Origin: Eledone cirrhosa
Taxonomy: Eukaryota
Direction of reading: 5' to 3'
Length of the DNA stretch: 64,000 nucleotides
NCBI GenBank assembly: GCA_964016885.1
Contig: OZ024757.1
Span: 10,168,001-10,232,000, forward strand
Under the pieces are notes generated by a model, which ran no database searches, was not told the DNA's origin, and saw nothing but the letters and a program-made list of their open reading frames with translations. How positions within the stretch are numbered: position 1 is the stretch's first letter; every line of letters begins with the position of its first letter. The translations under genes were made by a program, and so were the position numbers. Positions 34,801-48,100 of the stretch are shown here, one piece after another.

Positions 34801-37800
34801 GTTAAGTTGGGGTTAACTTAAGTTGGGGTTAAGTTAAGTTGGGGTTGAGTTAAGTTGGGGTTGATTTAAGTTGGGGTTGAGTTAAGTTGGAGTCGAGTTA
34901 AGTTGGGGTTGAGTTAAGTTGGGGTTAAGTTAAGTTGGGGTTAAGTTAAGTTGGGGTTAAGTTAAGTCGGAGTTAAGTTAAGTTGGGGTTAAGTTAAGTT
35001 GGGGGTAAGTTAAGTTGTGGTTAAGTTAAGTTGGGGTTAAGTTGGGGTTAAGTTAAGTTGGGGTTAAGTTAAGTGGGGTTGAGTTAAGTTGGAGTTAAGT
35101 TAAGTTGGGGTTAATTTAAGTTGGGGTTAAGTTAAGTCGGGGTAAAGTTAAGTTGGGGTTAAGTTAAGTTGGGGGTAAGTTAATTTGGGGTTAAGTTAAG
35201 TTGGGGTTTAGTTAATTTGGGGTTAAGTCAAGTTGGGGTTAAGTCAAGTTGGGGTTAAGTTAAGTTGGGGTTAAGTTAAGTCGGGGTTAAGTTAAGTTGG
35301 GGTTAAGTTAAGTCGGGGTTAAGTTAAGTTGGGGTTAAGTTAAGTTGGGGTAAGTTAAGTTGGGGTTAAGTTAAGTTGGGGTTTACTTAAGTTGGGGTTA
35401 AGTCAAGTTGGGGTTAAGTCAAGTTGGGGTTAAGTCAAGTTGGGGTTAAGTTAAGTTGGGGTTAAGTTAAGTTGGGGTTAAATTAAGTTTGGGTTGAGTT
35501 AAGTTGGGGTCGAGTTAAGTTGGGGTTGTGTTAAGTTGGGGTTAAGTTAAGTTGGGGTTAAGTTAAGTTGGGGTTGAGTTAAGTTGGGATCGAGGTAAGT
35601 TGGGGTTGAGTTAAGTTGGGGTTAAGTTAAGTTGGGGTTAACTTAAGTTGGGGTTAACTTAAGTTGGGGTTAAGTTAAGTTGGGGTTAAGTTTAGGTAGG
35701 GTTAAGTTAAGTTGGGGTTAAGTTAAGTTGGGGTTAAGTTAAGTTGGGGTTAAGTTAAGTTGGGGTTGAGTTAAGTTAGGGTCGAGTTAAGTTGGGGTTG
35801 AGTTAATTTGAGGTTGAATTAAGTTGGGGTTAGGTTAAGTTGGGGTTAAGTTAAATTTGGTTTAAGTTAAGTTGGGGTTAAGTTAAGTTGGGGTTAAGTT
35901 AAGTTGGGGTTAAGTTAAGTTGGGGTTGAGTTAAGTTGGGGTTAAGTTAAGTTGGCGTTAAGTTAAGTTGGGGTTAAGTTAAGTTGGGGTTAAGTTAAGT
36001 TGGGGTTGATTTAAGTTGGGGTTAAGTTAAGTTGGGGTTAAGTTAAGTTGGGGTTAAGTTAAGTTGGGGTTAAGTTAAGTTGGAGTTAAGTTAAGTTGGG
36101 GTTAATTTAAGTTGGGGTTAAGTTAAGTCGGGGTAAAGTTAAGTTGGGGTTAAGTTAAGTTGGGGGTAAGTTAATTTGGGGTTAAGTTAAGTTGGGGTTT
36201 AGTTGATTTGGGGTTAAGTCAAGTTGGGGTTAAGTCAAGTTGGGGTTAAGTTAAGTTGGGGTTAAGTTAAGTCGGGGTTAAGTTAAGTTGGGATTAAGTT
36301 AAGTCGGGGTTAAGTTAAGTTGGGGTTAAGTTAAGTTGGGGTAAGTTAAGTTGGGGTTAAGTTAAGTTGGGGTTTACTTAAGTTGGGGTTAAGTCAAGTT
36401 GGGGTTAAGTCAAGTTGGGGTTAAGTCAAGTTGGGGTTAAGTTAAGATGGGGTTAAGTTAAGTTGGGGTTAAATTAAGTTGGGGTTAAGTTAAGTTGGGG
36501 TTAAGTTAAGTTGGCGTTAAGTTAAGTTGGGGTTAAGTTAACTTGGGGTTAAGTTAACTTGGGGTTAAGTTAAGTTGGGGTTAAGTCAAGTTGGGGTTAA
36601 ATCAAGTTGGGGTTAACTTAAGTTTGGATTAACTTAAATTGGGTTAACTTAAGTTGGGGTTAAGTTGGGGTTAACTTAAGTTGGGGTTAAGTTAAGTTGG
36701 GGTTAAGTTAAGTTGGGGTTGAGTTAAGTTGGGGTTGAGTTAAGTTGGGGTTGAGTTAAGTTGGGGTTGATTTAAGTTGGGGTTGAGTTAAGTTGGGGTC
36801 GAGTTAAGTTGGGGTTGAGTTAAGTTGGGGTTAAGTTAAGTTGGGGTTAAGTTAAGTTGGGGTTAAGTTAAGTTTGGTTTAAGTTAAGTTGGGGTTAAGT
36901 TAAGTTGGGGTTAAGTTAAGTTGGGATTAGGTTAAGTTGGGGTTAAGTTAAGTTGGGGTTAAGTTAAGTTGTGGTTAATTTAAGTTGGGGTTAAGTTAAG
37001 TTGGGGTTAAGTTAAGTTGGTGTTAAGGTAAGTTGGGGTTAAGTTAAGTTGGGGTTAAGTTAAGTTGGGGTTAAGTTAAGTTGGGGTTAACTTAAGATGG
37101 GGTTAACTTAAGTTGGGGTTAAGTTGGGGTTAACTTAATTGGGGTTAAGTTGGGGTTAACTTAAGTTGGGGTTAAGTTAAGTTGGGGTTGAGTTAAGTTG
37201 GGGTTGATTTAACTTGGGGTTGAGTTAAGTTGGAGTCGAGTTAAGTTGGGGTTGAGTTAAGTTGGGGTTAAATTAAGTTGGGGTTAAGTTAAGTTGGAGT
37301 TAAGTTAAGTTGGGGTTATGTTAAGTTGGGGTTAAGTTAAGTTGGCGTTAAATTAAATTGGGGTTAAGTTAAGTTGGGGTTACGTTAAGTTGGGGTTAAG
37401 TTAAGTTGGGGTTAAGTCAAGTTGGGGTTAAATCAAGTTGGGGTTAACTTAAGTTTGGATTAACTTAAGTTGGGTTAACTTAAGTTGGGGTTAAGTTGGG
37501 CTTAACTTAAGTTGGGGTTAAGTTAAGTTGGGGTTGAGTTAAGTTGGGGTTGAGTTAAGTTGGGGTTGAGTTAAGTAGGGGTTGAGTTAAGTTGGGGTCG
37601 AGTTAAGTTGGGGTTGAGTTAAGTTGGGGTTAAGTTAAGTTGGGGTTAAGTTAAGTTGGGGTTAAGTTAAGTTGGGATTAGGTTAAGTTGGGGTTAAGTT
37701 AAGTTGGGGTTAAGTTAAGTCGGAGTAAAGTTAAGTTGGGGTTAAGTTAAGTTGGGGGTAAGTTAAGTTGTGGTTAAGTTAAGTTGGGGTTAAGTTGGGG

Positions 37801-40800
37801 TTAAGTTAAGTTGGGGTTGAGTTAAGTTGGGGTTGAATTAAGTTGGGATTGAGTTAAGTTGGAGTTAAGTTAAGTTGGGGTTAAGTTAAGTTGGGGTTAA
37901 GTTAAGTTGGCGTTAAATTAAGTTGGGGTTAAGTTAAGTTGGGGTTACGTTAAGTTGGGGTTAAGTTAAGTTGGGGTTAAGTCAAGTTGGGGTTAAATCA
38001 AGTTGGGGTTAACTTAAGTTTGGATTAACTTAAGTTGGGTTAACTTAAGTTGGGATTAAGTTGGGGTTAACTTAAGTTGGGGTTAAGTTAAGTTGAGGCT
38101 AAGTTAAGTTGGGGCTGAGTTAAATTGGGGTTAAGTTAAGTTAGGGTTAAGTTAAGTTGGGGTTAAGGTAAGTTGGGGTTAAGTTAAGTTGGGGTTAAGT
38201 TAAGTTGGGGTTAAGTTAAGTTGGGGTTAACTTAAGTTGGGGTTAACTTAAGTTGGGGTTAAGTTGGGGTTAACTTAAGTTGGGGTTAATTTAAGTTGGG
38301 GTTGAGTTAAGTTGGGGTTGATTTCAGTTTGGGTTGAGTTAAGTTGGGGTCGAGTTAAGTTGGGGTTGTGTTAAGTTGGGGTTAAGTTAAGTTGGGGTTA
38401 AGTTAAGTTGGGGTTGAGTTAAGTTGGGATCGAGGTAAGTTGGGGTTGAGTTAAGTTGGGGTTAAGTTAAGTTGGGGTTAACTTAAGTTGGGGTTAACTT
38501 AAGTTGGGGTTAAGTTAAGTTGGGGTTAAGTTTAGGTAGGGTTAAGTTAAGTTGGGGTTAAGTTAAGTTGGGGTTAAGTTAAGTTGGGGTTAAGTTAAGT
38601 TGGGGTTGAGTTAAGTTAGGGTCGAGTTAAGTTGGGGTTGAGTTAATTTGAGGTTGAATTAAGTTGGGGTTAGGTTAAGTTGGGGTTAAGTTAAATTTGG
38701 TTTAAGTTAAGTTGGGGTTAAGTTAAGTTGGGGTTAAGTTAAGTTGGGATTAGATTAAGTTGGGGTTAAGTTAAGTTGGGGTTGAGTTAAGTTGGGGTTA
38801 AGTTAAGTTGGCGTTAAGTTAAGTTGGGGTTAAGTTAAGTTGGGGTTAAGTTAAGTTGGGGTTAATTTAAGTTGGGGTTAAGTTAAGTTGGGGTTAAGTT
38901 AAGTTGGGGTTAAGTTAAGTTGGGGTTAAGTTAAGTTGGAGTTAAGTTAAGTTGGGGTTAAGTCAAGTTGGGGTTGAGTTAATTTGGGGTTAAGTTAAGT
39001 TGGGGTTAAGTTAAGTTGGAGTTAAGTTAAGTTGGGGTTAAGTCAAGTTGGGGTTGAGTTAATTTGGGGTTGAATTAAGTTGGGGTTAGGTTAAGTTGGG
39101 GTTAAGTTAAGTTTGGTTTAAGTTAAGTTGGGGTTAAGTTAAGTTGGGGTTAAATTAAGTTGGGGTTAAGTTAAGTTGGGGTTGATTTAAGTTGGGGTTG
39201 ATTTAAGTTGGGGTTGAATTAAGTTGGGGTCGAGTTAAGTTGGGGTTGAGTTAAGTTGGGGTTAAGTTAAGTTGGGGTTAAGTTAAGTTGGAGTTAAGTT
39301 AAGTTGGGGTTAAGTTAAGTTGGGGTTAAGTTAAGTCGGAGCAAAGTTAAGTTGGGTTTAAGTTAAGTTGGGGGTAAGTTAAGTTGTGGTTAAGTTAAGT
39401 TGGGGTTAAGTTGGGGTTAAGTTAAGTTGGGGTTGAGTTAAGTTGGGGTTGAATTAAGTTGGGATTGAGTTAAGTTGGAGTTAAGTTAAGTTGGGGTTAA
39501 GTTAAGTTGGGGTTAAGTTAAGTTGGCGTTAAATTAAGTTGGGGTTAAGTTAAGTTGGGGTCACGTTAAGTTGGGGTTGAGTTAAGTTGGGGTCGAGTTA
39601 AGTTGGGGTTGAGTTAAGTTGGGGTTAAGTTAAGTTGGGGTTAAGTTAAGTTGGGATTAGATTAAGTAGGAGTTAAGTTAAGTTGGGGTTAAGTTAAGTT
39701 GTGGTTAAGTTAAGTTGGTGTTAAGTTAAGTTGGGGTTAAGTTAAGTTGGGGTTAACTTAAGTTGGAGTTAAGTTAAGTTGGGGTTAAGTTAAGTTGAGG
39801 CTAAGTTAAGTTGGGGCTGAGTTAACTTGGGGTTAAGTTAAGTTGGGGTTAAGTTAAGTTGGGGTTAAGGTAAGTTGGGGTTAAGTTAAGTTGGGGTTAA
39901 GTTCAGTTGGGGTTAAGTTAAGTTGGGGTTAACTTAAGTTGGGGTTAAGTTGGGGTTAACTTAAGTTGGGGTTAATTTAAGTTGGGGTTGAGTTAAGTTG
40001 GGGTTGATTTCAGTTTGGGTTGAGTTAAGTTGGGGTCGAGTTAAGTTGGGGTTGTGTTAAGTTGGGGTTAAGTTAAGTTGGGGTTAAGTTAAGTTGGGGT
40101 TGAGTTAAGTTGGGATCGAGGTAAGTTGGGGTTGAGTTAAGTTGGGGTTAAGTTAAGTTTGGTTTAAGTTAAGTTGGGGTTAAGTTAAGTTGGGGTTAAC
40201 TTAAGGTGGGATTAGGTTAAGTTGGGGTTAAGTTAAGTTGGGGTTAAGTTAAGTTGTGGTTAAGTTAAGTTGGGGTTAAGTTAAGGTGGGGTTAAGTTAA
40301 GTTGGGGTTAAGGTAAGTTGGGGTTAAGTTAAGTTGGGGTTAAGTTAAGTTGGGGTTAAGTTAAGTTGGGGTTAACTTAAGTTGGGGTTAAGTTGGGGTT
40401 AAGTTGGGGTTAACTTAAGTTGGGGTTAAGTTAAGTTGGGGTTGAGTTAAGTTGGGGTTGATTTAAGTTGGGGTTGAGTTAAGTTGGAGTCGAGTTAAGT
40501 TGGGGTTGAGTTAAGTTGGGGTTAAGTTAAGTTGGGGTTAAGTTAAGTTGGGGTTAAGTTAAGTCGGAGTTAAGTTAAGTTGGGGTTAAGTTAAGTTGGG
40601 GGTAAGTTAAGTTGTGGTTAAGTTAAGTTGGGGTTAAGTTGGGGTTAAGTTAAGTTGGGGTTAAGTTAAGTGGGGTTGAGTTAAGTTGGAGTTAAGTTAA
40701 GTTGGGGTTAATTTAAGTTGGGGTTAAGTTAAGTCGGGGTAAAGTTAAGTTGGGGTTAAGTTAAGTTGGGGGTAAGTTAATTTGGGGTTAAGTTAAGTTG

Positions 40801-42540
40801 GGGTTTAGTTAATTTGGGGTTAAGTCAAGTTGGGGTTAAGTCAAGTTGGGGTTAAGTTAAGTTGGGGTTAAGTTAAGTCGGGGTTAAGTTAAGTTGGGGT
40901 TAAGTTAAGTCGGGGTTAAGTTAAGTTGGGGTTAAGTTAAGTTGGGGTAAGTTAAGTTGGGGTTAAGTTAAGTTGGGGTTTACTTAAGTTGGGGTTAAGT
41001 CAAGTTGGGGTTAAGTCAAGTTGGGGTTAAGTCAAGTTGGGGTTAAGTTAAGTTGGGGTTAAGTTAAGTTGGGGTTAAATTAAGTTGGGGTTAAGTTAAG
41101 TTGGGGTTAAGTTAAGTTGGCGTTAAGTTAAGTTGGGGTTAAGTTAACTTGGGGTTAAGTTAACTTGGGGTTAAGTTAAGTTGGGGTTAAGTCAAGTTGG
41201 GGTTAAATCAAGTTGGGGTTAACTTAAGTTTGGATTAACTTAAGTTGGGTTAACTTAAGTTGGGGTTAAGTTGGGGTTAACTTAAGTTGGGGTTAAGTTA
41301 AGTTGGGGTTAAGTTAAGTTGGGGTTGAGTTAAGTTGGGGTTGAGTTAAGTTGGGGTTGAGTTAAGTTGGGGTTGATTTAAGTTGGGGTTGAGTTAAGTT
41401 GGGGTCGAGTTAAGTTGGGGTTGAGTTAAGTTGGGGTTAAGTTAAGTTGGGGTTAAGTTAAGTTGGGGTTAAGTTAAGTTTGGTTTAAGTTAAGTTGGGG
41501 TTAAGTTAAGTTGGGGTTAAGTTAAGTTGGGATTAGGTTAAGTTGGGGTTAAGTTAAGTTGGGGTTAAGTTAAGTTGTGGTTAATTTAAGTTGGGGTTAA
41601 GTTAAGTTGGGGTTAAGTTAAGTTGGTGTTAAGGTAAGTTGGGGTTAAGTTAAGTTGGGGTTAAGTTAAGTTGGGGTTAAGTTAAGTTGGGGTTAACTTA
41701 AGTTGGGGTTAACTTAAGTTGGGGTTAAGTTGGGGTTAACTTAATTGGGGTTAAGTTGGGGTTAACTTAAGTTGGGGTTAAGTTAAGTTGGGGTTGAGTT
41801 AAGTTGGGGTTGATTTAACTTGGGGTTGAGTTAAGTTGGAGTCGAGTTAAGTTGGGGTTGAGTTAAGTTGGGGTTAAATTAAGTTGGGGTTAAGTTAAGT
41901 TGGAGTTAAGTTAAGTTGGGGTTAAGTTAAGTTGGGGTTAAGTTAAGTTGGCGTTAAATTAAATTGGGGTTAAGTTAAGTTGGGGTTACGTTAAGTTGGG
42001 GTTAAGTTAAGTTGGGGTTAAGTCAAGTTGGGGTTAAATCAAGTTGGGGTTAACTTAAGTTTGGATTAACTTAAGTTGGGTTAACTTAAGTTGGGGTTAA
42101 GTTGGGCTTAACTTAAGTTGGGGTTAAGTTAAGTTGGGGTTGAGTTAAGTTGGGGTTGAGTTAAGTTGGGGTTGAGTTAAGTTGGGGTTGAGTTAAGTTG
42201 GGGTCGAGTTAAGTTGGGGTTGAGTTAAGTTGGGGTTAAGTTAAGTTGGGGTTAAGTTAAGTTGGGGTTAAGTTAAGTTGGGATTAGGTTAAGTTGGGGT
42301 TAAGTTAAGTTGGGGTTAAGTTAAGTCGGAGTAAAGTTAAGTTGGGGTTAAGTTAAGTTGGGGGTAAGTTAAGTTGTGGTTAAGTTAAGTTGGGGTTAAG
42401 TTGGGGTTAAGTTAAGTTGGGGTTGAGTTAAGTTGGGGTTGAATTAAGTTGGGATTGAGTTAAGTTGGAGTTAAGTTAAGTTGGGGTTAAGTTAAGTTGG
42501 GGTTAAGTTAAGTTGGCGTTAAATTAAGTTGGGGTTAACT
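22800..42540 (+). repeat. Domain B sub-family with private variants; includes ~11.9-kb-offset duplication (~23550-30570 / ~35490-42540)
   Basis: Markers seen only here: TTTAGGTAGGG (23762, 31251, 35694, 38534), TTTGAGGTTGAA and GGGGTCACG (27641, 32279, 33933, 39562). Paired markers: TAGTTGATTT 24289/36205 and TTATGTTAAG 25402/37318 (offset 11916), TTTACTT 29078/40983 (offset 11905). Confidence 0.85.
31310..34630 (+). repeat. Tandem duplication, offset 1,654 bp
   Basis: GGGGTCACG 32279/33933, TTAACGTGGGATTAGG 32938/34592 and CGGAGTAAAG 32054/33708 all recur at offset 1654. Confidence 0.88.
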
Positions 42541-45150
42541 TAAGTTTGGATTAACTTAAGTTGGGTTAACTTAAGTTGGGATTAAGTTGGGGTTAACTTA
42601 AGTTGGGGTTAAGTTAAGTTGGGGTTGAGTTAAGTTGGGGTTGAGTTAAGTTGGGGTTGAGTTAAGTTGGGGTTAAGTTAAGTTGGGGTTAAGTTAAGTT
42701 GGGGTTAAGTTAAGTTGGGATTAGATTAAGTAGGAGTTAAGTTAAGTTGGGGTTAAGTTAAGTTGTGGTTAAGTTAAGTTGGGGTTAAGTTAAGTTGGGG
42801 TTAAGTTAAGTTGGGGTTAACTTAAGTTGGAGTTAAGTTAAGTTGGGGTTAAGTTAAGTTGAGGCTAAGTTAAGTTGGGGCTGAGTTAACTTGGGGTTAA
42901 GTTAAGTTGGGGTTAAGTTAAGTTGGGGTTAAGGTAAGTTGGGGTTAAGTTAAGTTGGGGTTAAGTTAAGTTGGGGTTGAGTTAAGTTGGGGTTAACTTA
43001 AGTTGGGGTTAACTTAAGTTGGGGTTAAGTTGGGGTTAACTTAAGTTGGGGTTAATTTAAGTTGGGGTTGAGTTAAGTTGGGGTTGATTTCAGTTTGGGT
43101 TGAGTTAAGTTGGGGTCGAGTTAAGTTGGGGTTGTGTTAAGTTGGGGTTAAGTTAAGTTGGGGTTAAGTTAAGTTGGGGTTGAGTTAAGTTGGGATCGAG
43201 GTAAGTTGGGTTGAGTTAAGTTGGGGTTAAGTTAAGTTGGGGTTAACTTAAGTTGGGGTTAACTTAAGTTGGGGTTAAGTTAAGTTGGGGTTAAGTTAAG
43301 TTGGGGTTAAGTTAAGTTGGGGTTAAGTTAAGTTGGGGTTAAGTTAAGTTGGGGTTGAGTTAAGTTAGGGTCGAGTTAAGTTGGGGTTGAGTTAATTTGG
43401 GGTTGAATTAAGTTGGGGTTAGGTTAAGTTGGGGTTAAGTTAAATTTGGTTTAAGTTAAGTTGGGGTTAAGTTAAGTTGGGGTTAAGTTAAGTTGGGATT
43501 AGATTAAGTTGGGGTTAAGTTAAGTTGGGGTTGAGTTAAGTTGGGGTTAAGTTAAGTTGGCGTTAAGTTAAGTTGGGGTTAAGTTAAGTTGGGGTTAAGT
43601 TAAGTTGGGGTTAAGTTAAGTTGGGGTTAAGTTAAGTTGGGGTTAAGTTAAGTTGGAGTTAAGTTAAGTTGGGGCTAAGTCAAGTTGGGGTTGAGTTAAT
43701 TTGGGGTTAAGTTAAGTTGGGGTTAAGTTAAGTTGGAGTTAAGTTAAGTTGGGGTTAAGTCAAGTTGGGGTTGAGTTAATTTGGGGTTGAATTAAGTTGG
43801 GGTTAGGTTAAGTTGGGGTTAAGTTAAGTTTGGTTTAAGTTAAGTTGGGGTTAAGTTAAGTTGGGGTTAAGTTAATTTGGGGTTAAGTTAAGTTGGGGTT
43901 GAGTTAAGTTGGGGTTGATTTAAGTTGGGGTTGAATTAAGTTGGGGTCGAGTTAAGTTGGGGTTGAGTTAAGTTGGGGTTAAGTTAAGTTGGGGTTAAGT
44001 TAAGTTGGAGTTAAGTTAAGTTGGGGTTAAGTTAAGTTGGGGTTAAGTTAAGTCGGAGTAAAGTTAAGTTGGGGTTAAGTTAAGTTGGGGGTAAGTTAAG
44101 TTGTGGTTAAGTTAAGTTGGGGTTAAGTTGGGGTTAAGTTAAGTTGGGGTTGAGTTAAGTTGGGGTTGAATTAAGTTGGGATTGAGTTAAGTTGGAGTTA
44201 AGTTAAGTTGGGGTTAAGTTAAGTTGGGGTTAAGTTAAGTTGGCGTTGAATTAAGTTGGGGTTAAGTTAAGTTGGGGTTACGTTAAGTTGGGGATAAGTT
44301 AAGTTGGGGTTAAGTCAAGTTGGGGTTAAATCAAGTTGGGGTTAACTTAAGTTTGGATTAACTTAAGTTGGGTTAACTTAAGTTGGGATTAAGTTGGGGT
44401 TAACTTAAGTTGGGGTTAAGTTAAGTTGGCGTTGAGTTAAGTTGGGGTTGAGTTAAGTTGGGGTTGAGTTAAGTTGGGGTTGAGTTAAGTTGGGGTCGAG
44501 TTAAGTTGGGGTTGATTTAAGTTGGGGTTAAGTTAAGTTGGGGTTAAGTTAAGTTGGGGTTAAGTTAAGTTGGGATTAGATTAAGTAGGAGTTAAGTTAA
44601 GTTGGGGTTAAGTTATTTGTGGTTAAGTTAAGTTGGGGTTAAGTTAAGTTGGGGTTAAGTTAAGTTGGGATTAGATTAAGTTGGGGTTAAGTTAAGTTGG
44701 GGTTGAGTTAAGTTGGGGTTAAGTTAAGTTGGCGTTAAGTTAAGTTGGGGTTAAGTTAAGTTGGGGTTAAGTTAAGTTGGGGTTAATTTAAGTTGGGGTT
44801 AAGTTAAGTTGGGGTTAAGTTAAGTTGGGGTTAAGTTAAGTTGGGGTTAAGTTAAGTTGGAGTTAAGTTAAGTTGGGGTTAAGTCAAGTTGGGGTTGAGT
44901 TAATTTGGGGTTAAGTTAAGTTGGGGTTAAGTTAAGTTGGAGTTAAGTTAAGTTGGGGTTAAGTCAAGTTGGGGTTGAGTTAATTTGGGGTTGAATTAAG
45001 TTGGGGTTAGGTTAAGTTGGGGTTAAGTTAAGTTGGGGTTAAGTTAAGTTGGCGTTAAGTTAAGTTGGGGTTAAGTTAAGTTGGGGTTAAGTTAAGTTGG
45101 GGTTAAGTTAAGTTGCGGGTAAGTTAATTTGGGGTTAAGTTAAGTTGGGG

Positions 45151-48100
45151 TTTAGTTAATTTGGGGTTAAGTCAAGTTGGGGTTAAGTCAAGTTGGGGTT
45201 AAGTTAAGTTGGGGTTAAGTTAAGTCGGGGTTAAGTTAAGTTGGGGTTAAGTTAAGTCGGGGTTAAGTTAAGTTGGGGTTAAGTTAAGTTGGGGTAAGTT
45301 AAGTTGGGGTTAAGTTAAGTTGGGGTTTACTTAAGTTGGGGTTAAGTCAAGTTGGGGTAAGTTAAGTTGGGGTTAAGTTAAGTTGGGGTTTACTTAAGTT
45401 GGGGTTAAGTCAAGTTGGGGTTAAGTCAAGTTGGGGTTAAGTCAAGTTGGGGTTAAGTTAAGTTGGGGTTAAGTTAAGTTGGGGTTAAATTAAGTTGGGG
45501 TTAAGTTAAGTTGGGGTTAAGTTAAGTTGGCGTTAAGTTAAGTTGGGGTTAAGTTAACTTGGGGTTAAGTTAACTTGGGGTTAAGTTAAGTTGGGGTTAA
45601 GTCAAGTTGGGGTTAAATCAAGTTGGGGTTAACTTAAGTTTGGATTAACTTAAGTTGGGTTAACTTAAGTTGGGGTTAAGTTGGGGTTAACTTAAGTTGG
45701 GGTTAAGTTAAGTTGGGGTTAAGTTAAGTTGGGGTTGAGTTAAGTTGGGGCTGAGTTAAGTTGGGGTTGAGTTAAGTTGGGGTTGATTTAAGTTGGGGTT
45801 GAGTTAAGTTGGGGTCGAGTTAAGTTGGGGTTGAGTTAAGTTGCGGTTAAGTTAAGTTGGGGTTAAGTTAAGTTGGGGTTAAGTTAAGTTTGGTTTAAGT
45901 TAAGTTGGGGTTAAGTTAAGTTGGGGTTAAGTTAAGTTGGGATTAGGTTAAGTTGGGGTTAAGTTAAGTTGGGGTTAAGTTAAGTTGTGGTTAATTTAAG
46001 TTGGGGTTAAGTTAAGTTGGGGTTAAGTTAAGTTGGTGTTAAGGTAAGTTGGGGTTAAGTTAAGTTGGGGTTAAGTTAAGTTGGGGTTAAGTTAAGTTGG
46101 GGTTAACTTAAGTTGGGGTTAACTTAAGTTGGGGTTAAGTTGGGGTTAACTTAATTGGGGTTAAGTTGGGGTTAACTTAAGTTGGGGTTAAGTTAAGTTG
46201 GGGTTGAGTTAAGTTGGGGTTGATTTAACTTGGGGTTGAGTTAAGTTGGAGTCGAGTTAAGTTGGGGTTGAGTTAAGTTGGGGTTAAATTAAGTTGGGGT
46301 TAAGTTAAGTTGGAGTTAAGTTAAGTTGGGGTTAAGTTGGGGTTAAGTTAAGTTGGCGTTAAATTAAATTGGGGTTAAGTTAAGTTGGGGTTACGTTAAG
46401 TTGGGGTTAAGTTAAGTTGGGGTTAAGTCAAGTTGGGGTTAAATCAAGTTGGGGTTAACTTAAGTTTGGATTAACTTAAGTTGGGTTAACTTAAGTTGGG
46501 GTTAAGTTGGGCTTAACTTAAGTTGGGGTTAAGTTAAGTTGGGGTTGAGTTAAGTTGGGGTTGAGTTAAGTTGGGGTTGAGTTAAGTTGGGGTTGAGTTA
46601 AGTTGGGGTCGAGTTAAGTTGGGGTTGAGTTAAGTTGGGGTTAAGTTAAGTTGGGGTTAAGTTAAGTTGGGGTTAAGTTAAGTTGGGATTAGGTTAAGTT
46701 GGGGTTAAGTTAAGTTGGGGTTAAGTTAAGTCGGAGTAAAGTTAAGTTGGGGTCAAGTTAAGTTGGGGGTAAGTTAAGTTGTGGTTAAGTTAAGTTGGGG
46801 TTAAGTGGGGTTAAGTTAAGTTGGGGTTGAGTTAAGTTGGGGTTGAATTAAGTTGGGATTGAGTTAAGTTGGAGTTAAGTTAAGTTGGGGTTAAGTTAAG
46901 TTGGGGTTAAGTTAAGTTGGCGTTAAATTAAGTTGGGGTTAAGTTAAGTTGGGGTTACGTTAAGTTGGGGTTAAGTTAAGTTGGGGTTAAGTCAAGTTGG
47001 GGTTAAATCAAGTTGGGGTTAACTTAAGTTTGGATTAACTTAAGTTGGGTTAACTTAAGTTGGGATTAAGTTGGGGTTAACTTAAGTTGGGGTTAAGTTA
47101 AGTTGGGGTTGAGTTAAGTTGGGGTTGAGTTAAGTTGGGGTTGAGTTAAGTTGGGGTTAAGTTAAGTTGGGGTTAAGTTAAGTTGGGGTTAAGTTAAGTT
47201 GGGATTAGATTAAGTAGGAGTTAAGTTAAGTTGGGGTTAAGTTAAGTTGTGGTTAAGTTAAGTTGGGGTTAAGTTAAGTTGGGGTTAAGTTAAGTTGGGG
47301 TTAACTTAAGTTGGAGTTAAGTTAAGTTGGGGTTAAGTTAAGTTGAGGCTAAGTTAAGTTGGGGCTGAGTTAACTTGGGGTTAAGTTAAGTTGGGGTTAA
47401 GTTAAGTTGGGGTTAAGGTAAGTTGGGGTTAATTTAAGTTGGGGTTAAGTTAAGTTGGGGTTAACTTAAGTTGGGGTTAACTTAAGTTGGGGTTAAGTTG
47501 GGGTTAACTTAAGTTGGGGTTAATTTAAGTTGGGGTTGAGTTAATTTGGGGTTGATTTCAGTTTGGGTTGAGTTAAGTTGGGGTCGAGTTAAGTTGGGGT
47601 TGTGTTAAGTTGGGGTTAAGTTAAGTTGGGGTTAAGTTAAGTTGGGGTTGAGTTAAGTTGGGATCGAGGTAAGTTGGGGTTGAGTTAAGTTGGGGTTAAG
47701 TTAAGTTCGGGTTAACTTAAGTTGGGGTTAACTTAAGTTGGGGTTAAGTTAAGTTGGGGTTAAGTTAAGTTGGGGTTAAGTTAAGATGGGGTTAAGTTAA
47801 GTTGGGGTTAAGTTAAGTTGGGGTTAAGTTAAGTTGGGGTTGAGTTAAGTTAGGGTCGAGTTAAGTTGGGGTTGAGTTAATTTGGGGTTGAATTAAGTTG
47901 GGGTTAGGTTAAGTTGGGGTTAAGTTAAATTTGGTTTAAGTTAAGTTGGGGTTAAGTTAAGTTGGGGTTAAGTTAAGTTGGGATTAGATTAAGTTGGGGT
48001 TAAGTTAAGTTGGGGTTGAGTTAAGTTGGGGTTAAGTTAAGTTGGCGTTAAGTTAAGTTGGGGTTAAGTTAAGTTGGGGTTAAGTTAAGTTGGGGTTAAG

